Below the pieces are notes generated by a model. It saw only the letters and a list, made by a program, of their open reading frames with translations, ran no database searches and was not told where the DNA came from. Positions 1 through 14,702 of a stretch of 64,000 bases of DNA are shown here, one piece after another (the stretch's first letter is position 1; each line of letters opens with the position of its first letter). Both the position numbers and the translations under genes were made by a program. Source of the stretch: Octopus vulgaris (lineage: Eukaryota); contig OX597843.1 in assembly GCA_951406725.2 (NCBI GenBank), positions 13,144,001 through 13,208,000 on the forward strand, given 5' to 3'.

Positions 1-298
1 GGGGTCGATTAATTAAGTACCAGTTACGCACTGGGGTCGATGTAATCGACTTAATCCCTTTGTCTGTCCTTATTTTGTGCCCTCTGTGTTTAGCCCCTTG
101 TGGGTAGTAAAGAAATAGATATTTCGTCCGCCGTTATGTTCTGAGTTCAAATTCCGCCGAGGTCGACTTTACCTTTCATCCTTTCGGGGTCGATTAATTA
201 AGTACCAGTTACGCACTGGGGTCGATGTAATCGACTTAATCCCTTTGTCTGTCCTTGTTTGTGCCCTCTGTGTTTAGCCCATTGTGGGTAGTAAAGAA

Positions 299-300
<2 letters not shown>
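1..300 (+). mobile_element. Tandemly duplicated SINE body (186-bp period), 'family B'
   Basis: GGGGTCGATTAATTAAGTACCAGTTACGCACTGGGGTCGATG occurs at 1 and 187; same family at 20442, 36454, 40890 and 51520. Confidence 0.75.
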
Positions 301-344
<44 letters not shown>

Positions 345-345
<1 letters not shown>

Positions 346-567
346 CATTTGTTTGTCTGTGTTTGTCCTCCCAACATTGCTTGACAACCAATGCTGGTGT
401 GTTTACATCCCCATAACCTAGCGGTTTGACAAAAGAGACCGATAGAATAAGTACTAGGCTTACAAAGAATAAGTCCTGGGGTCGATTTGCTCAACAAAAG
501 GCGGTGCTCCAGCATTGCCACAGTCAAATGACTGAAACAAGTAAAAGAGTATAAGTGAGAGTAAAGA
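345..567 (+). mobile_element. 3' half of SINE family A
   Basis: Ends GCTCCAGCAT..CAGTCAAATGACTGAAACAAGTAAAAGAGT, as in the full copies elsewhere in the window. Confidence 0.8.
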
Positions 568-616
568 GTATATATTATGTATGTATATTTACACATAAGA
601 ATATATATATATACAT

Positions 617-795
617 ATTTCCTCCGTCTTCCCTTCTTTGGATCTTTCCTTTTCCTATGTTTCTGATGAAGAGCCTCTGCTCGAAACGTTAAACCCTCCT
701 TCTTCCCTTCTTTCCTGAGCGTCCAATAATACTATATTTGTTCCACGTCCTCGCGTTGTTGTGTTTTCTCGTGTTTTCACGTTTGGATTAACTAC
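617..795 (+). mobile_element. Short (TA)n-embedded element carrying a minimal HHR
   Basis: Flanked by TA repeats; related copy on the minus strand at 60505-60753. Confidence 0.65.
659..694 (+). ncRNA. Minimal type I hammerhead ribozyme motif
   Basis: GTTT-CTGATGA-A-GAGC(CTCT)GCTC-GAAA-CGT-T-AAAC: stem I GTTT/AAAC, extra A after A9, loopless palindromic stem III. Confidence 0.65.
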
Positions 796-3216
<2,421 letters not shown>

Positions 3217-4082
3217 AACAGTAGCAGTGTATCTCAGCACATCTTCAGTTGAGTGGGTGTGCACTATTGCTTATATCATCCTCATCTTTTAGCATCCATT
3301 GTCCTTGCTGGCATGGGTTGGACAGTTTGACCAGGGCTGGCACACTGGAGGGCTGCACCACACTCCAGTCTCATTTGGCATGGTTTTCTATGGCTGGATG
3401 CCCTTCTTAATGCCAACCACTCCAAAGGTGTAATGGGTGCTTTTACATACCCATAGCGTGACACTGGTATCTGCTGTGACTGCAATTTTGTTCACCTTGA
3501 TGGGTCTTCTTCTCGAGCATGACATTAAGCCAAAGGTCTCAGTCACTGCCACCATGAGGCTCAACACTTGAATGGAATACAGCCACTTTCCTTCTGTAAG
3601 GCCCAACACTCATAAGGGACTCAGCAACTTGGCTTCCATGAGGCCCAATCCTCGGAAGGAACTCAGCCACTTTGCCCCTGTGAGGCCCAACGCTCAAGAG
3701 GTGTTCTTTATGCGCCACCAGCATGGGTGCTCCTCGATTGATGGGTCCTCTCAAGCAGAGCACATCGCCAAAGGCCTCGAGCACCAGTCATTGCCTCTGT
3801 GAGGCTCAAAGTTTGAAGGTCATGCTTCACCACCTCATCCCATGTCTTCCTGGGTCTACATCTATAAAACAAACGATAATGACTGGAATGGAATACTTGG
3901 GAAACAATCGTTTCAACACATCCTGCCCTGATCCCTCACAGGTGGGAAGCTATACAGCTAGTTGTGGTGCATCCCTCGGACCAGAAGTATCTCATCAGAT
4001 GATGTAATAATGGGTATCTCATTAAATGAACTCTCTTTCAATTGGATTTAATACCACATGTTGTTAGTGTCTGTAGGTTTAA

Positions 4083-4302
4083 CTCTTTAGTGTTCAAATT
4101 TCTCTATTAAATGTAATACTTTTTCACTCAAATTGTTTTGAATTAATCATGCATTATCTTACAGCTTTGAGGTTTCAATGATGTGAATATTTATTTTTTG
4201 AATGTCAATGTAGGTTAGGTTTGAGGGGCTAAATATGGCCAGTTTGATTATAAGACATATAGAATATTTGGGCCAGATATGGCCGGTTTAAACACTAAAG
4301 GG
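4083..4302. mobile_element. piggyBac-like MITE
   Basis: TTAA|CTCTTTAGTGTT...AACACTAAAGGG|TTAA; degenerate relatives at about 63130-63660. Confidence 0.65.
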
Positions 4303-4363
4303 TTAATTGGTTACTAACAACATGCTGTATCAAATCCAAGCAAAACAGAATTCATTTAACGAG

Positions 4364-5410
4364 ATCATCATCATCATTGTTCGACCGTGGTCGAGACAAT
4401 GGAATTTACCATGCTAAGCCAGACTTCACGGTCCATCATAGCATTACGGAGGTCCTGTTGCTGGATGCCTGTACTCCTGGAGATTACATCAGGGTAGGAG
4501 AGTGTGCGCCCTCTGGTATTGCGAGTAGATGGCTTCCAGAGGAGAAGAGTAGAAATTACTTTTTTTTCAGCTCTGCAACAATGTCCAGCAAACTGGACTC
4601 TCCTACCTTTCACAAGAGATGACACAGGTGGTAGTTTCCCATATATTTGTACTTTGGTTGGATGACGCTTCCACGAGAGATTTTGAGCTCTCGTAAGGAG
4701 GCAAGTGTAGGTTCCATCCAACTGCCTCTCAAAGAGTGTGCGCCCTCTGGTATCGCGAGTAGATGGCTTCCAGAGGAGAAGAGTATAAATTGCCTCTTTT
4801 TCAGCTCTACAACAATGTCCAGCAAACTGGACTCTCCTACCTTTCACAAGAGATGACACAGGTGGTAGTTTCCCATATATTTGCATTTTGGTTGGATGAC
4901 GCTTCCACGAGAGATTTTGAGCTCTCATAAGGAGGCGAGTGTAGGTTCCATCCAACTGCCTCTCGAAGAGTGTGCGCCCTCTGGTATCGCGAGTAGATGG
5001 CTTCCAGAGGAGAAGAGTAGAAATTACCTCGTTTTCAGCTCTACAACAATGTCCAGCAAACTGGACTCTCCTACCTTTCACAAGAGATGACACAGGTGGT
5101 AGTTTCCCATATATTTGCATTTTGGTTGGATGACTCTTCCACGAGAGATTTTGAGCTCTCATAAGGAGGCGAGTGTAGGTTCCATCCAACCGCCTCTCAA
5201 GCTTCTTTGAAAACGTCTCGGTTTCTGAGCCATATAGTAGAATTGGTTCGACTGTGGCTTTGAAGATTTCAAGTTTGAAGTCTCTACTTAGATTTGATGA
5301 CCAGATCTTATGCATGTCATTACAGGCTGACCAGGCCATACCCTTTCTAGTTAGAAAGTCTTTTCCAGATGATGATATGTATGACCCAAGATATTTGTAA
5401 TCAGAAACGA
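4364..5410 (-). mobile_element. RTE-like non-LTR retrotransposon 3' fragment with internal 234-bp triplication
   Basis: Peptide IFKATVEPILLYGSET..LDGTYTRLL..RVQFAGHC..DREVW is typical of the post-RT region of RTE-type LINEs; (TGA)n tail at 4364-4376. Confidence 0.85.
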
Positions 5411-6182
5411 GATGCCCCTTATTACATCACCTGATGCGATACTTCTCTGAGGGATGCACTACAACTAGTTGTATAGCTTCCCACCTGATGAAACACTTCT
5501 GCACTGTGGGATACTTAAGATATCTTGTAGAGCTGGATTTAGTCTATTCACCTGTATAGTTAATCAGGTTATTCAGGAAGGTGTAATCCCTTGTGACTGG
5601 TGCAGCAATGTGCAATATGCAGCTATGACACGGGCAAGGGAGATGCCTTTAGTAGAAATAATTAGCTGAATGAATCGATCCCAGGACTTATTTTTAAAGC
5701 CTCTGTCTCTGTCGTCTTTCAAAAGCTTGGGTTGTAGATAGATCTATCTCATCTGTCCGCTCCCGTCTCTGCTGCGATTGTCTGCTGTCTCTCCTGTTTC
5801 ACTTGGTTTTATAATATTTGTGGCAGCTAGAAAAACAGACATACCGCAGCAGGGTTAGTACCTAAATAGGTCAACGCTTGTCCAGTTGAACTTAGCCTTA
5901 CATGGCTGAGGTCGCAGGTCACAGGGAGATGACCAATCACTATTTGACAGAACAAAGCAAATCTGTTGGTTGCCGTGGTTTGGGCAACCGAGGATTCTTG
6001 GATTCGGTTTCGAATCTAGGCTTAGAGAAGGAAGTGCTAATTCTTACACTTGGTACCTATTCTATCGGTCTCTTTTGCCAAACCGCTAAGTTATGGGGAC
6101 ACAAACACACTAACACTGGTTGTCAAGTGATTGTGGAGTGACAAACAGACACAAAGACACATACACACATTGGAATTTTTTT

Positions 6183-6566
6183 GGAAGCACTCCGTCGGTT
6201 ACGACGACAAGGGTTCCGGTTGATCCGAATCAACGGAACAGCCTGCTTGTGAAATTAACGTGTAAGTGGCTGAGCACTCCACAGACACGTGTACCCTTAA
6301 CGCAGTTCTCGGGGATATTCAGCGTGACACAGAGAGTGACAAGACCGGCCCTTTGAAATACAGGTACAACAGAAACAGGAAGTAAGAGTGAGAGAAAGTT
6401 GTGGTGAAAGAGTACAGCAGGGATCACCACCATCCCCTGCCGGAGCTTCGTGGAGCTTTTAGGTGTTTTCGCTCAATAAACACTCACAACGCCCGGTCTG
6501 GGAATCGAAACCGCGATCCTACGACTGCAAGTCCGCTGCCCTAACCACTGGGCCATTGCGCCTCCA
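6183..6566 (-). mobile_element. tRNA-derived SINE family C
   Basis: Minus-strand head GGCGCAATGGCCCAGTGGTTAGGGCAGCGG..GGTTTCGATTCCC (Pol III A/B boxes); copies at 26080-26476, partial at 25395-25530 and 47562-47725. Confidence 0.8.
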
Positions 6567-6856
6567 CGACATACATACATACATCGGAAGTATATCCACT
6601 CCTCAGAGAAAAGGATGAATTTCAGTACAGTAATATGTCACACATTTATAATAACATTTAAAATATAGAATTAAACACAGAAGTTATCCCTAAAATGCAT
6701 TAGAATATAATCAACAAATTTATTCCTACAACTTATATAACCCCTACCAACTTCTCATGGTACTTTGAGGTTCTAAGAGAACATCAATTGTGGAAACAGC
6801 GCTCTAATGTTTGGAGAAAATATTCGGTAATGGAAGCATAAATACAACAGTCCTTG

Positions 6857-7088
6857 CTATCTATCTATCTATCTATCCATCTGTCTGTTTGTCTATCTAT
6901 CTATCTATCTATCCGTTTGTCTATCTATCTATCTATCTGTCTGTCTGTTTGTCTATCTATCTATCTATCTATCTTTTTCTATCTATCTATCTATCTATCT
7001 ATCTGTCTATCTGTCTGTCTCTCTATCTGTCTGTCTATTTATCTATCTATCTATCTACCTAACTATCTGTCTGTCTGTCTATCTACCC

Positions 7089-7144
<56 letters not shown>

Positions 7145-7157
7145 GTCTGTCTGTCTA

Positions 7158-7206
<49 letters not shown>

Positions 7207-7221
7207 TTATCTAACCATCCA

Positions 7222-7255
<34 letters not shown>
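6857..7255. repeat. (ATCT/GTCT)n microsatellite
   Basis: Directly visible. Confidence 0.95.
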
Positions 7256-7257
<2 letters not shown>

Positions 7258-7789
7258 CACCAATAAAAGTTACAAAGCTCATTCAGGGATAGCAAAATCC
7301 TATGAAAGTACTGGTTAATTACCTATACAAAGAATATTGAACTTCACAGTTAATACTCAACTGCAAGGTAACTAATATAAACCGAGGTTTATATATATTT
7401 ATTTATTGTAATAAGATGAGGAAGATAAAGAGATTATTAATAAATTATTATTCATTAATTAAAAAATCTCTCTCTCTCTCTCCGTAGACATATCGTATAT
7501 TTATATATTTATATGTAAGCAAAATATGAACCACTGCATGAATCCACCCTTCCCAAAAAAAGTCATACTAAAAATGACTATACCCATTGACCCACCACTC
7601 GATGTGATAACATAAATATTGGAAGGCAACACATGAAATATGTATGTATCTATGTATACACACACACACACACGCATATATATATATACTAGCATTAAAG
7701 ACCCGTCGTTGCCGGGTCATAGTGCTAGTGCATGTATATATGTGTATATATATGTGTACATATTACATGTACATCTATATATATACATC

Positions 7790-10700
7790 TACATGTAAAA
7801 TACAAAATACAAAGTTATATCTTGATATCGCTAGTGATAACAATACTCAAAATATATAACAGACTGGAATTGTTAGCCCGTCTCTTGTAATTTCGATCAA
7901 TTGTATCTTGTCCTCCCTTTTGTATACAAGTGTGGCTACAATCCAGCCTACCTCTACTTCTTGAGCGGGGGTGCATTTTAAATTCTTTTCCGGGACGTCC
8001 TACGCCCCAGATATAAAGGTAAAAATAAAATATTTCCACTTTGCAAGTTCGAGTCGAGTACTCCCTTGCACGCTCCGTTGACTCGAACCTTGCTTCTATT
8101 GTGATGAATTTACCGCCTCTGATTAGATACCTTTCATAGTCGCACCAAGACACTTTTCGAAGGTGCTTTCCTCCATGTTGTTTTATTATTACCCACAAGG
8201 GGCGAACACAGATGGGACAATACAATCTGATGATGGGGTCAGACAAACGAATGGGTTTTTACAATAAATCGGGTTTAAAAATTTTCATGAATAACAATAA
8301 ATGGACAGAAATCGAGTGATAGGACAGACCGGAAGACATTACGGGTGGAGTGGGTGCGGGTTTAGCTCGGACCCCACGAGCCCCGCCTCCCCACTGATAC
8401 TTTTGGTTGCACTTGGTATTACATTTATGTTGTAACTTTCATTCGCAACTTCCGTGCTACATCCTTCCATCGTTCTTCATACGCTCTCCTAGTCAGGCAT
8501 ATTCTCTCCAGCCCTATCTTCCTTTTCAGGTGAAAGATGAAATAATTCATCAAACCAGGGCCGGAGATGAACTTGCCTGACTGTAAACCTTTCATTCTCG
8601 TCTTCCATATCACCTCTTTCGCGATTGCTACTACAACGAGAAAACGAAACTTACCTTCATTCACAAGGAAATCCGGTGGGTCAATTTTTGTAATCGACTC
8701 AGTCGACAGCTGTACTCTTCGTGTACCTGACAACAGGTGTTCGGCATAAACCCACACCTCAGACACGTCCGGACAATGAACAATCGCGTGCGGGACGGTT
8801 TCCCTATCCCGCCCGCATCTTGGACATATCGGACTGTCTTGGCCACCGTGCCTTGCGAGTTTATCCCGAACAGGTAGAGCTCCTCTGTAGCATTGCCATG
8901 CCAGAGACTTCTGGAAGTTGTCCAGTGTCCTTGGCTCGAACGTACGTCGGAACAGACTGGCCAGCTGATTATCGTCGAGACCTAGGGTTTCCCCCAAGGT
9001 ATCTTCACATTCCGCCTCTACCAACCCTCTATAGAAGAAAGTGGTGGAACCCCCACCGCAGGCGTTGCCCGAGCGACGGAATAGCAGGAGAGCCTTGCGA
9101 CACTCCGTGTACCAAGTACCAAGTTTCGATCTACGATTCAGCCAGGTTTCCCATCCACCGAAACTAGTGAACTTGGGAAACATCAGTTTTGCTAGCGAAG
9201 ACCACACCCGTTCACCATCCAGGTAGAGCCACAGATGTCTTAACCTCAGCGCATGTCTGCGCATCATCAGCCAAGGCATCCCTAGCCCACCCTTTAACGG
9301 TTGTTGACAGCAAGTAGAGCGTTTCACAAGTGGTTTCCCGCCCTTCCACAAGAAGTAGAAGAGCTGTCTTTCCAACTTGATCAACCACGAATCAGGGCAA
9401 GGAACGACGGAAAGGCGGTAGGTGATAACCGATGCGATAAACACATTGGCCACCTCCGCCCTCCCTTTCAGGGATAGCCACCGCCAAGACCAGGTCTTGG
9501 CTACTGCAGCCACCTTGCTCGTTACCTCGCCCCAATTCTTCTCTATTTGGAGGTCTGGACCGAACCAGACCCCTAGCAGTTTAATCGGACCCTCCGTCCA
9601 ACGTCCCACGACGCTGTCAGGAGGCATCGACTTGCCTCTCCAGGTGCCGAGTTGCAAGCCGACTGACTTTTCGCGATTAACTTTTGCTCCTGTCACCGTC
9701 TCGTACACCTCTATGGCCTTGCCTACTTTACATAGGTGGTCCATTTCGGTTACGATGATGGTGATGTCATCCGCGTACGCTGACACTGATTTTCCATTAC
9801 CTGGCTGTCTCGGGATGCCGCTCAGTTTTCGCAGTAATGGCTCAAGAGCCATCACGTACAAAAGCGGGGAGAGCGGACACCCTTGACGAACCGAGCGTTT
9901 GATTTTGAACGGCTTCGACAAGAAGCCGTTCACCCGAACTACCGAGTCGATGTTATCATAAATTTCGATAATCCACCTGAGGAATCCAAGGCTCAGCCCG
10001 AACTGTGCCAGGGCAGATACCAGGTAACGATGGTCGACCCTATCAAAAGCTTTAGATTGGTCTAAATGGACCAGTGCCCCACCCTTGCCAGAATCACTAT
10101 TAAACCCCTCTATAGTGTACCGCATTAGATGGAGATTATCCTGAATGGATCTGCCCGGAACGGCACATGTCTGTGCCCCTCCGATCAGACCATCCGCGAC
10201 ACGCGCCAATCTTTTCGATAACACTTTGGCCAAAATCTTCAACTCTGTGTTTAGCAGAGTGATGGGCCTGAAATTATCAATGCACTCCCCCTTGCTCGGG
10301 TCCTTTCTGACGAGAGTCACTACTCCCCGGCGCACAGATCTGGGTATAAGCCCGTTCTGCTGCCAGTTCGCGTAGACCTCCGCCAGTAGGTGCCCGAACA
10401 AGTCTGGCATACTCTTATATAACTCATAGGGTAGACCATCCAAACCCGGCGCCTTGCCCGCGCCGCAGTCCGCCATTGCCTCAACCACCTCCTCAGGCGT
10501 GATTGGCCCTTCACAGCCCTCCGCATCTCGCCCCGATAAGCGCGGCAGACCGTCGAGTAGGTCCGTAAAGGCCCTCCCCTATCCAGTCCGCCGCACTCAC
10601 CGAAAAGCTGAGCGAAGTGCTCCTGAAAGGCCTCACACATCTCCTCGGGTTCGTTTATCAACTCACCTTGTTGGTTCGTCAAAGATCGAATCGTGGCATC

Positions 10701-11087
10701 GTTACCATGCTGAGCTTCCACCACTCGGGCCCATCTCACGGCGTTGATTCCTTCACATCCCATATGACGGATTCTAGCCCTGACAATGCAGCCCATGTGT
10801 TTGGCCTCGAGGTGCTGGTTTAACACCAGTCTCTTGGCCGCCACCTGAGCCGCAGAGCCAGTTTTCATGGCTTCCTCTAATCCCTTAACTAGAGTAGTTT
10901 CCCTTCTAGCCTCTCTAGCCACTACTCCTATGCTATATCTTATAGACTCAAACTTGATGGCTCGTTTGAGGGCGTACCACCATTTGTTATTAATGATGGT
11001 ACCAGATAGTGCCCTCTGAATTATATTCCTAATCCGGTCTTTGTACTCCTTAATCGCCAAAAGGGACGTATTAAGTTTCCAGTAACT
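7790..11087 (-). mobile_element. 5'-truncated L1/Tx1-clade LINE (ORF2 remnant plus putative 3' UTR)
   Basis: GC-richer block; starts at the YWKLN motif that ends the AP-endonuclease domain; 3' boundary approximate. Confidence 0.85.
8425..11087 (-). pseudogene. LINE ORF2 reverse transcriptase with C-terminal zinc finger; one frameshift near 10575-10585; endonuclease missing
   Basis: KAPGLDGLP, FRPITLLNTELKILAK, LDQSKAFDRVDH, VRQGCPLSPLLY, YADD, CPRC..ETVPHAIVHC. Confidence 0.92.
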
Positions 11088-11572
11088 TACTACATATAAT
11101 TCAATTGTTATTATTATTTTTATTGTTAAAGTGAAAGCATCTGACATAAAATAGAGAAACGTTTTGTTTCACTTTTAACACGTAATACTGAAATAGTGGA
11201 GAAGATATGATATTGCTATGGGCTTGCTCTAGGCAAGAAGTTGAACATTTTTTTTGCCCATGAAACTACATTTGAATGGAATTAGTTGTGTAGTTCTCAA
11301 GTTTTAGGGAATCATAGTGGAGAAGATATGATATTGCTGTGGGCTTGCCCTAGGCAAAAAGTTCAAAATTGTGTAGTTCTCAAGTTTTAGGGAAACACAC
11401 AGACAGACAGACAGACAAACAAACAGACACACATTCTCAGTTTTATATATATAAAGATATATATATATTGGTAAAAAATGGTAAGATAACAAAAGAAAGA
11501 AAGAGACCTCAATATTATGTAAATAGAGGAAATTTATCTGTAAAATAATAGGTGACAATTATTCGGTAGCCA

Positions 11573-11635
11573 AGATAAAACTCTGAGTTTCGGATGCTGA
11601 GGTGGAAACCCACAACACCATCTCTTCGGTTATCT
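11573..11635 (-). ncRNA. Type I HHR-like motif (U4C variant)
   Basis: AGATAA-CCGAAGA-GATG..CATC-C-GAAA-CTCAGAG-TT-TTATCT, inside a TA-flanked element at about 11468-11705. Confidence 0.55.
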
Positions 11636-11711
11636 GGCAATCTGAAAAACGCTATGAAAAAAAACCGTTATACAAAGGGAAATTACTGTGTTATAGTCTG
11701 CTACTTATATA

Positions 11712-11764
<53 letters not shown>

Positions 11765-12584
11765 CCTTTCATATACCCTTTCCTTTCTACAAAGTTGTAC
11801 TCCTCTCAAACTCTATTGCTTACTCCTATTTTGCTCTTGTTATTACTCTTCTTATATTCTCTTAAATAAGAATCATGTACTATACCTACTGGTAACCGAT
11901 TCCTATGAACATGTGTATATGTATATATATATATATATAAATATATGTAATAGAAATATGTTACAAAAAGAAAATAGAAACTACACATGGTAATGTAAGG
12001 GGAAAGTAAGAAAAATCAACAAAAATGCACATTGTAAATCAAAAAAAGTAAAGGCTTTTTATGAAAATTAATGAAAGATATATACAATTAGATGAACCGA
12101 GGTAGGAATAAAAGTAATAAAAGTCATTATATATATATATATATATATATATACATTTATAACAATAAGGGTTTTGCAACAAGTTGCTTGGCCACGGTGT
12201 TGAATGGCTGTTGTGTTTTTAAATAAAAATAAAACACAAACGCACTTTTCTCCTTGGTGTGACAATTATGTAAGGTGGGCGAGATAAATGAAGTCTTTTA
12301 TTAGTTACTGTGGTCAATACAAAACTAGTTTCACAATTAATGTATAAAAGACTAGCGAAAAGGTTGCAATACGCAACAAAAATTTTAGGAAAATAAAAAT
12401 AAGAAATAAGTGGAAATTTTACAGCTGAGTGTGTTAAATTATAGGGCACAAAAAGAAAATGATTCTCCCCAGACACAACAGAATATGCTTCAACACACAA
12501 ACTCATATAAAGAATCTTGCAAACCAAATCCAAAAGCGAAATATAAATAAATCAATTTCAAATATACATATATCTTTATATATA

Positions 12585-12755
12585 GTGAGAATTTACAAAA
12601 AAAAAAAGACAAAGATGGGTGTGTAAACAACAAACAGATGTATTAGCTTAATGCTTGGGAAGTGAGAAAGTCTTTTACGTTTTGAGCTTATGCTCTTCGA
12701 CAGAAAGGAACACAGAAATAAATAGGGAGAGAAAATAAAAACGGTTTAGTGGCTA
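12585..12755 (-). mobile_element. Short element with a decayed minimal HHR (12672-12707)
   Basis: CTTT-CTGTCGA-A-GAGC(ATAA)GCTC-AAAA-CGT-A-AAAG; G12 is mutated. Confidence 0.5.
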
Positions 12756-13134
12756 TAGGTGCAGGCATGGCTGTGTGGTAAGAAGCTTGCTTCCCAACTA
12801 TATGGTTCCAGGTACAGTTTCCACTGTCTGGCACCTCAGGCAAGGCTGTTTGTGGAAGGCCAGCAGTCGCCCATGCATATCAGCCTTCCCTCTCAGCGCC
12901 ACCAATGTTATCCAAGGGAAAGGCAAAGGGGCCGATACAGCTTGGCACCTGTGACGTCGAAACTCATTTCTACAGCTGAGTGAACTGGAGGAATGTGAAA
13001 TAAAGTGTCTTGCTCAAGAACACAACACACAGCCTGGTCTGGGAATTAAACTCATTATCTCACAATTGTAAGCTTGACACTCTAACCACTGAGCCATGCA
13101 CCTTCACACACACACACACACATATATATATATG

Positions 13135-13326
13135 ATAGATCGTTAGCCACTACACACATTGTTTTCTCTCCTTTTTTTTTCTCTCCTTGTTTTTTCTGTG
13201 TCCCTTTCTGTAGAAGAGCGTAGGCTCGAAATGTAAAAGACTTTTTCAATTCCTGAGCATTATACTAATACATCTGTTTTGTACACCACCTGTCTTCGTC
13301 TTTTGTTTTTTTTCGTAAACTCTCCC

Positions 13327-13327
<1 letters not shown>
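13135..13327 (+). mobile_element. Short element with a minimal HHR-like motif (13204-13239)
   Basis: CTTT-CTGTAGA-A-GAGC(GTAG)GCTC-GAAA-TGT-A-AAAG; TA-flanked. Confidence 0.55.
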
Positions 13328-13416
<89 letters not shown>

Positions 13417-14666
13417 CAGGGTGCATAAAGTATTTGAGGACATACCATTTTTTGGCTCATTGCTGCATTTTTAGCTTACTCTGTATAATCTTTGTTTCAG
13501 AAAATAATAATGCCAGACCCTCAGCTTACTCAAGAAATGAAGAGGTATGCTGTTATTGTGGTTATAAGGGGTGAGCAAAGTAATTTAGAAATATCTTGAT
13601 TTTTAAAAGTTGCCAGATCTTTCATCAACAGAGTTTGTAAGGAGCTACAGACTGAAGATGGAAATGTATCACTAGTATCAAAGCATAAAAAAAGCATTCT
13701 AAATACTCTGAAATTATTAGAACATCTGAATTTATCCAGCAAGTTTAACAGACCATTGATGACAATCCCAGAAAGTCCATGAGGTCCATTGCAAAAGATC
13801 TCCATTTGTCAGAAATGTTGTCCACAAAGACATCAGATATAAGTCTTATAAGATGAGGAAAGGTCAATTTGTCAGAAAAAAGCAAAAGAAAATCTCTACA
13901 TCAGACCTAAAAGGCCCTTAAACAAAATGAAAAATCCAGCAGAAGAAGATTTGATTTGGTTTTTCTCAAACGAGAAAATTTTCAACCAAGATCAAAAAGT
14001 TAACAGATGAAATGACAGATGTACAGACCCTTCTGAAGTTCCAAGTGTTATGCATACAAAATTTCCTGCAACTGTTATGGTATTAGGGGTTGTCAGCAAT
14101 GAAGGACATGTGATGCCTCTTTACTTCTTCCCACAAAGCCTTACAGGTAACTCTGCTGTCTACATTGAGGTCCTGGAAATAATTGTTAAGCCCTGGATAG
14201 ACAGCGTATGCAATGGAAGGCCATATGTGTTTCAGTAAGGCTCTGCACTATCACACATGGCTCTAGTAACAGAGGAACAGATGGCTGAAAATCTTCATGA
14301 TCACATAACCCCCTAACATTTGGCCTCCTAATTCCTCAGATCTCAATCCAATGGACTTATATGTGGAGCATTGTTGAGAGAGAGGTCAATGAACATGCCC
14401 ATAACACCAAAGATTCTTTGAAAGCTGCCATAGTCAGAGTAATGCCCAAAATGAACCAGGACCACTTGATTCAAGCATGTAGATGATTTAGATCTCATAT
14501 AGAAACAGTTGTTGAAGCTGAAGGTGACTTTAATGAATAACATTATAGAAAAGAAGGTTTTACTTTTATCCTCATAGCATTTTTTGAGAAATGAAGTTAT
14601 TATCTGTTATTATATATCTGTTTCTTTATAAACAAAAATCTCTCCTCAAATATCTTACGCACTCTG
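13417..14666 (+). mobile_element. Full-length decayed Tc1/mariner-superfamily transposon (DD37D/maT-like)
   Basis: TA|CAGGGTGCATAAAGTATTTGAGGA ... TCCTCAAATATCTTACGCACTCTG|TA imperfect TIRs; transposase remnants FSNEK, VMVLGVVSNEG, YVFQ*, WPPNSSDLNP with stops and frameshifts. Confidence 0.88.
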
Positions 14667-14702
14667 TATATACTGTGTCTATTATATGTGTGTGCCACAG
14701 TA

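Larger units (their letters stand above)
7689..11457 (-). mobile_element. Probable non-autonomous Helitron-like ends enclosing the LINE
   Basis: Minus-strand 5' end TCTTTATATATATAAAACTGAG plus (GTCT)n at 11457; 3' hairpin GACCCG..CGGGTC followed by CTAG|T at 7689. Confidence 0.45.

Noticed and set aside
6490-6566. tRNA gene calls for SINE heads
   Set aside because: A/B boxes are present, but each is fused to a SINE body and is multicopy; no convincing cloverleaf
8425-10488. LINE RT as the enzyme mobilising the HHR elements
   Set aside because: It is L1/Tx1-type and lacks its endonuclease, and it shares no visible 3' sequence with them; proximity alone is not evidence
12155-12570. Possible HHR (minus-strand GAAACTAGTT) in another TA-flanked insert; similar GAAACAATTTGTT near 48170
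   Set aside because: I could not find a matching CUGANGA core or stem I
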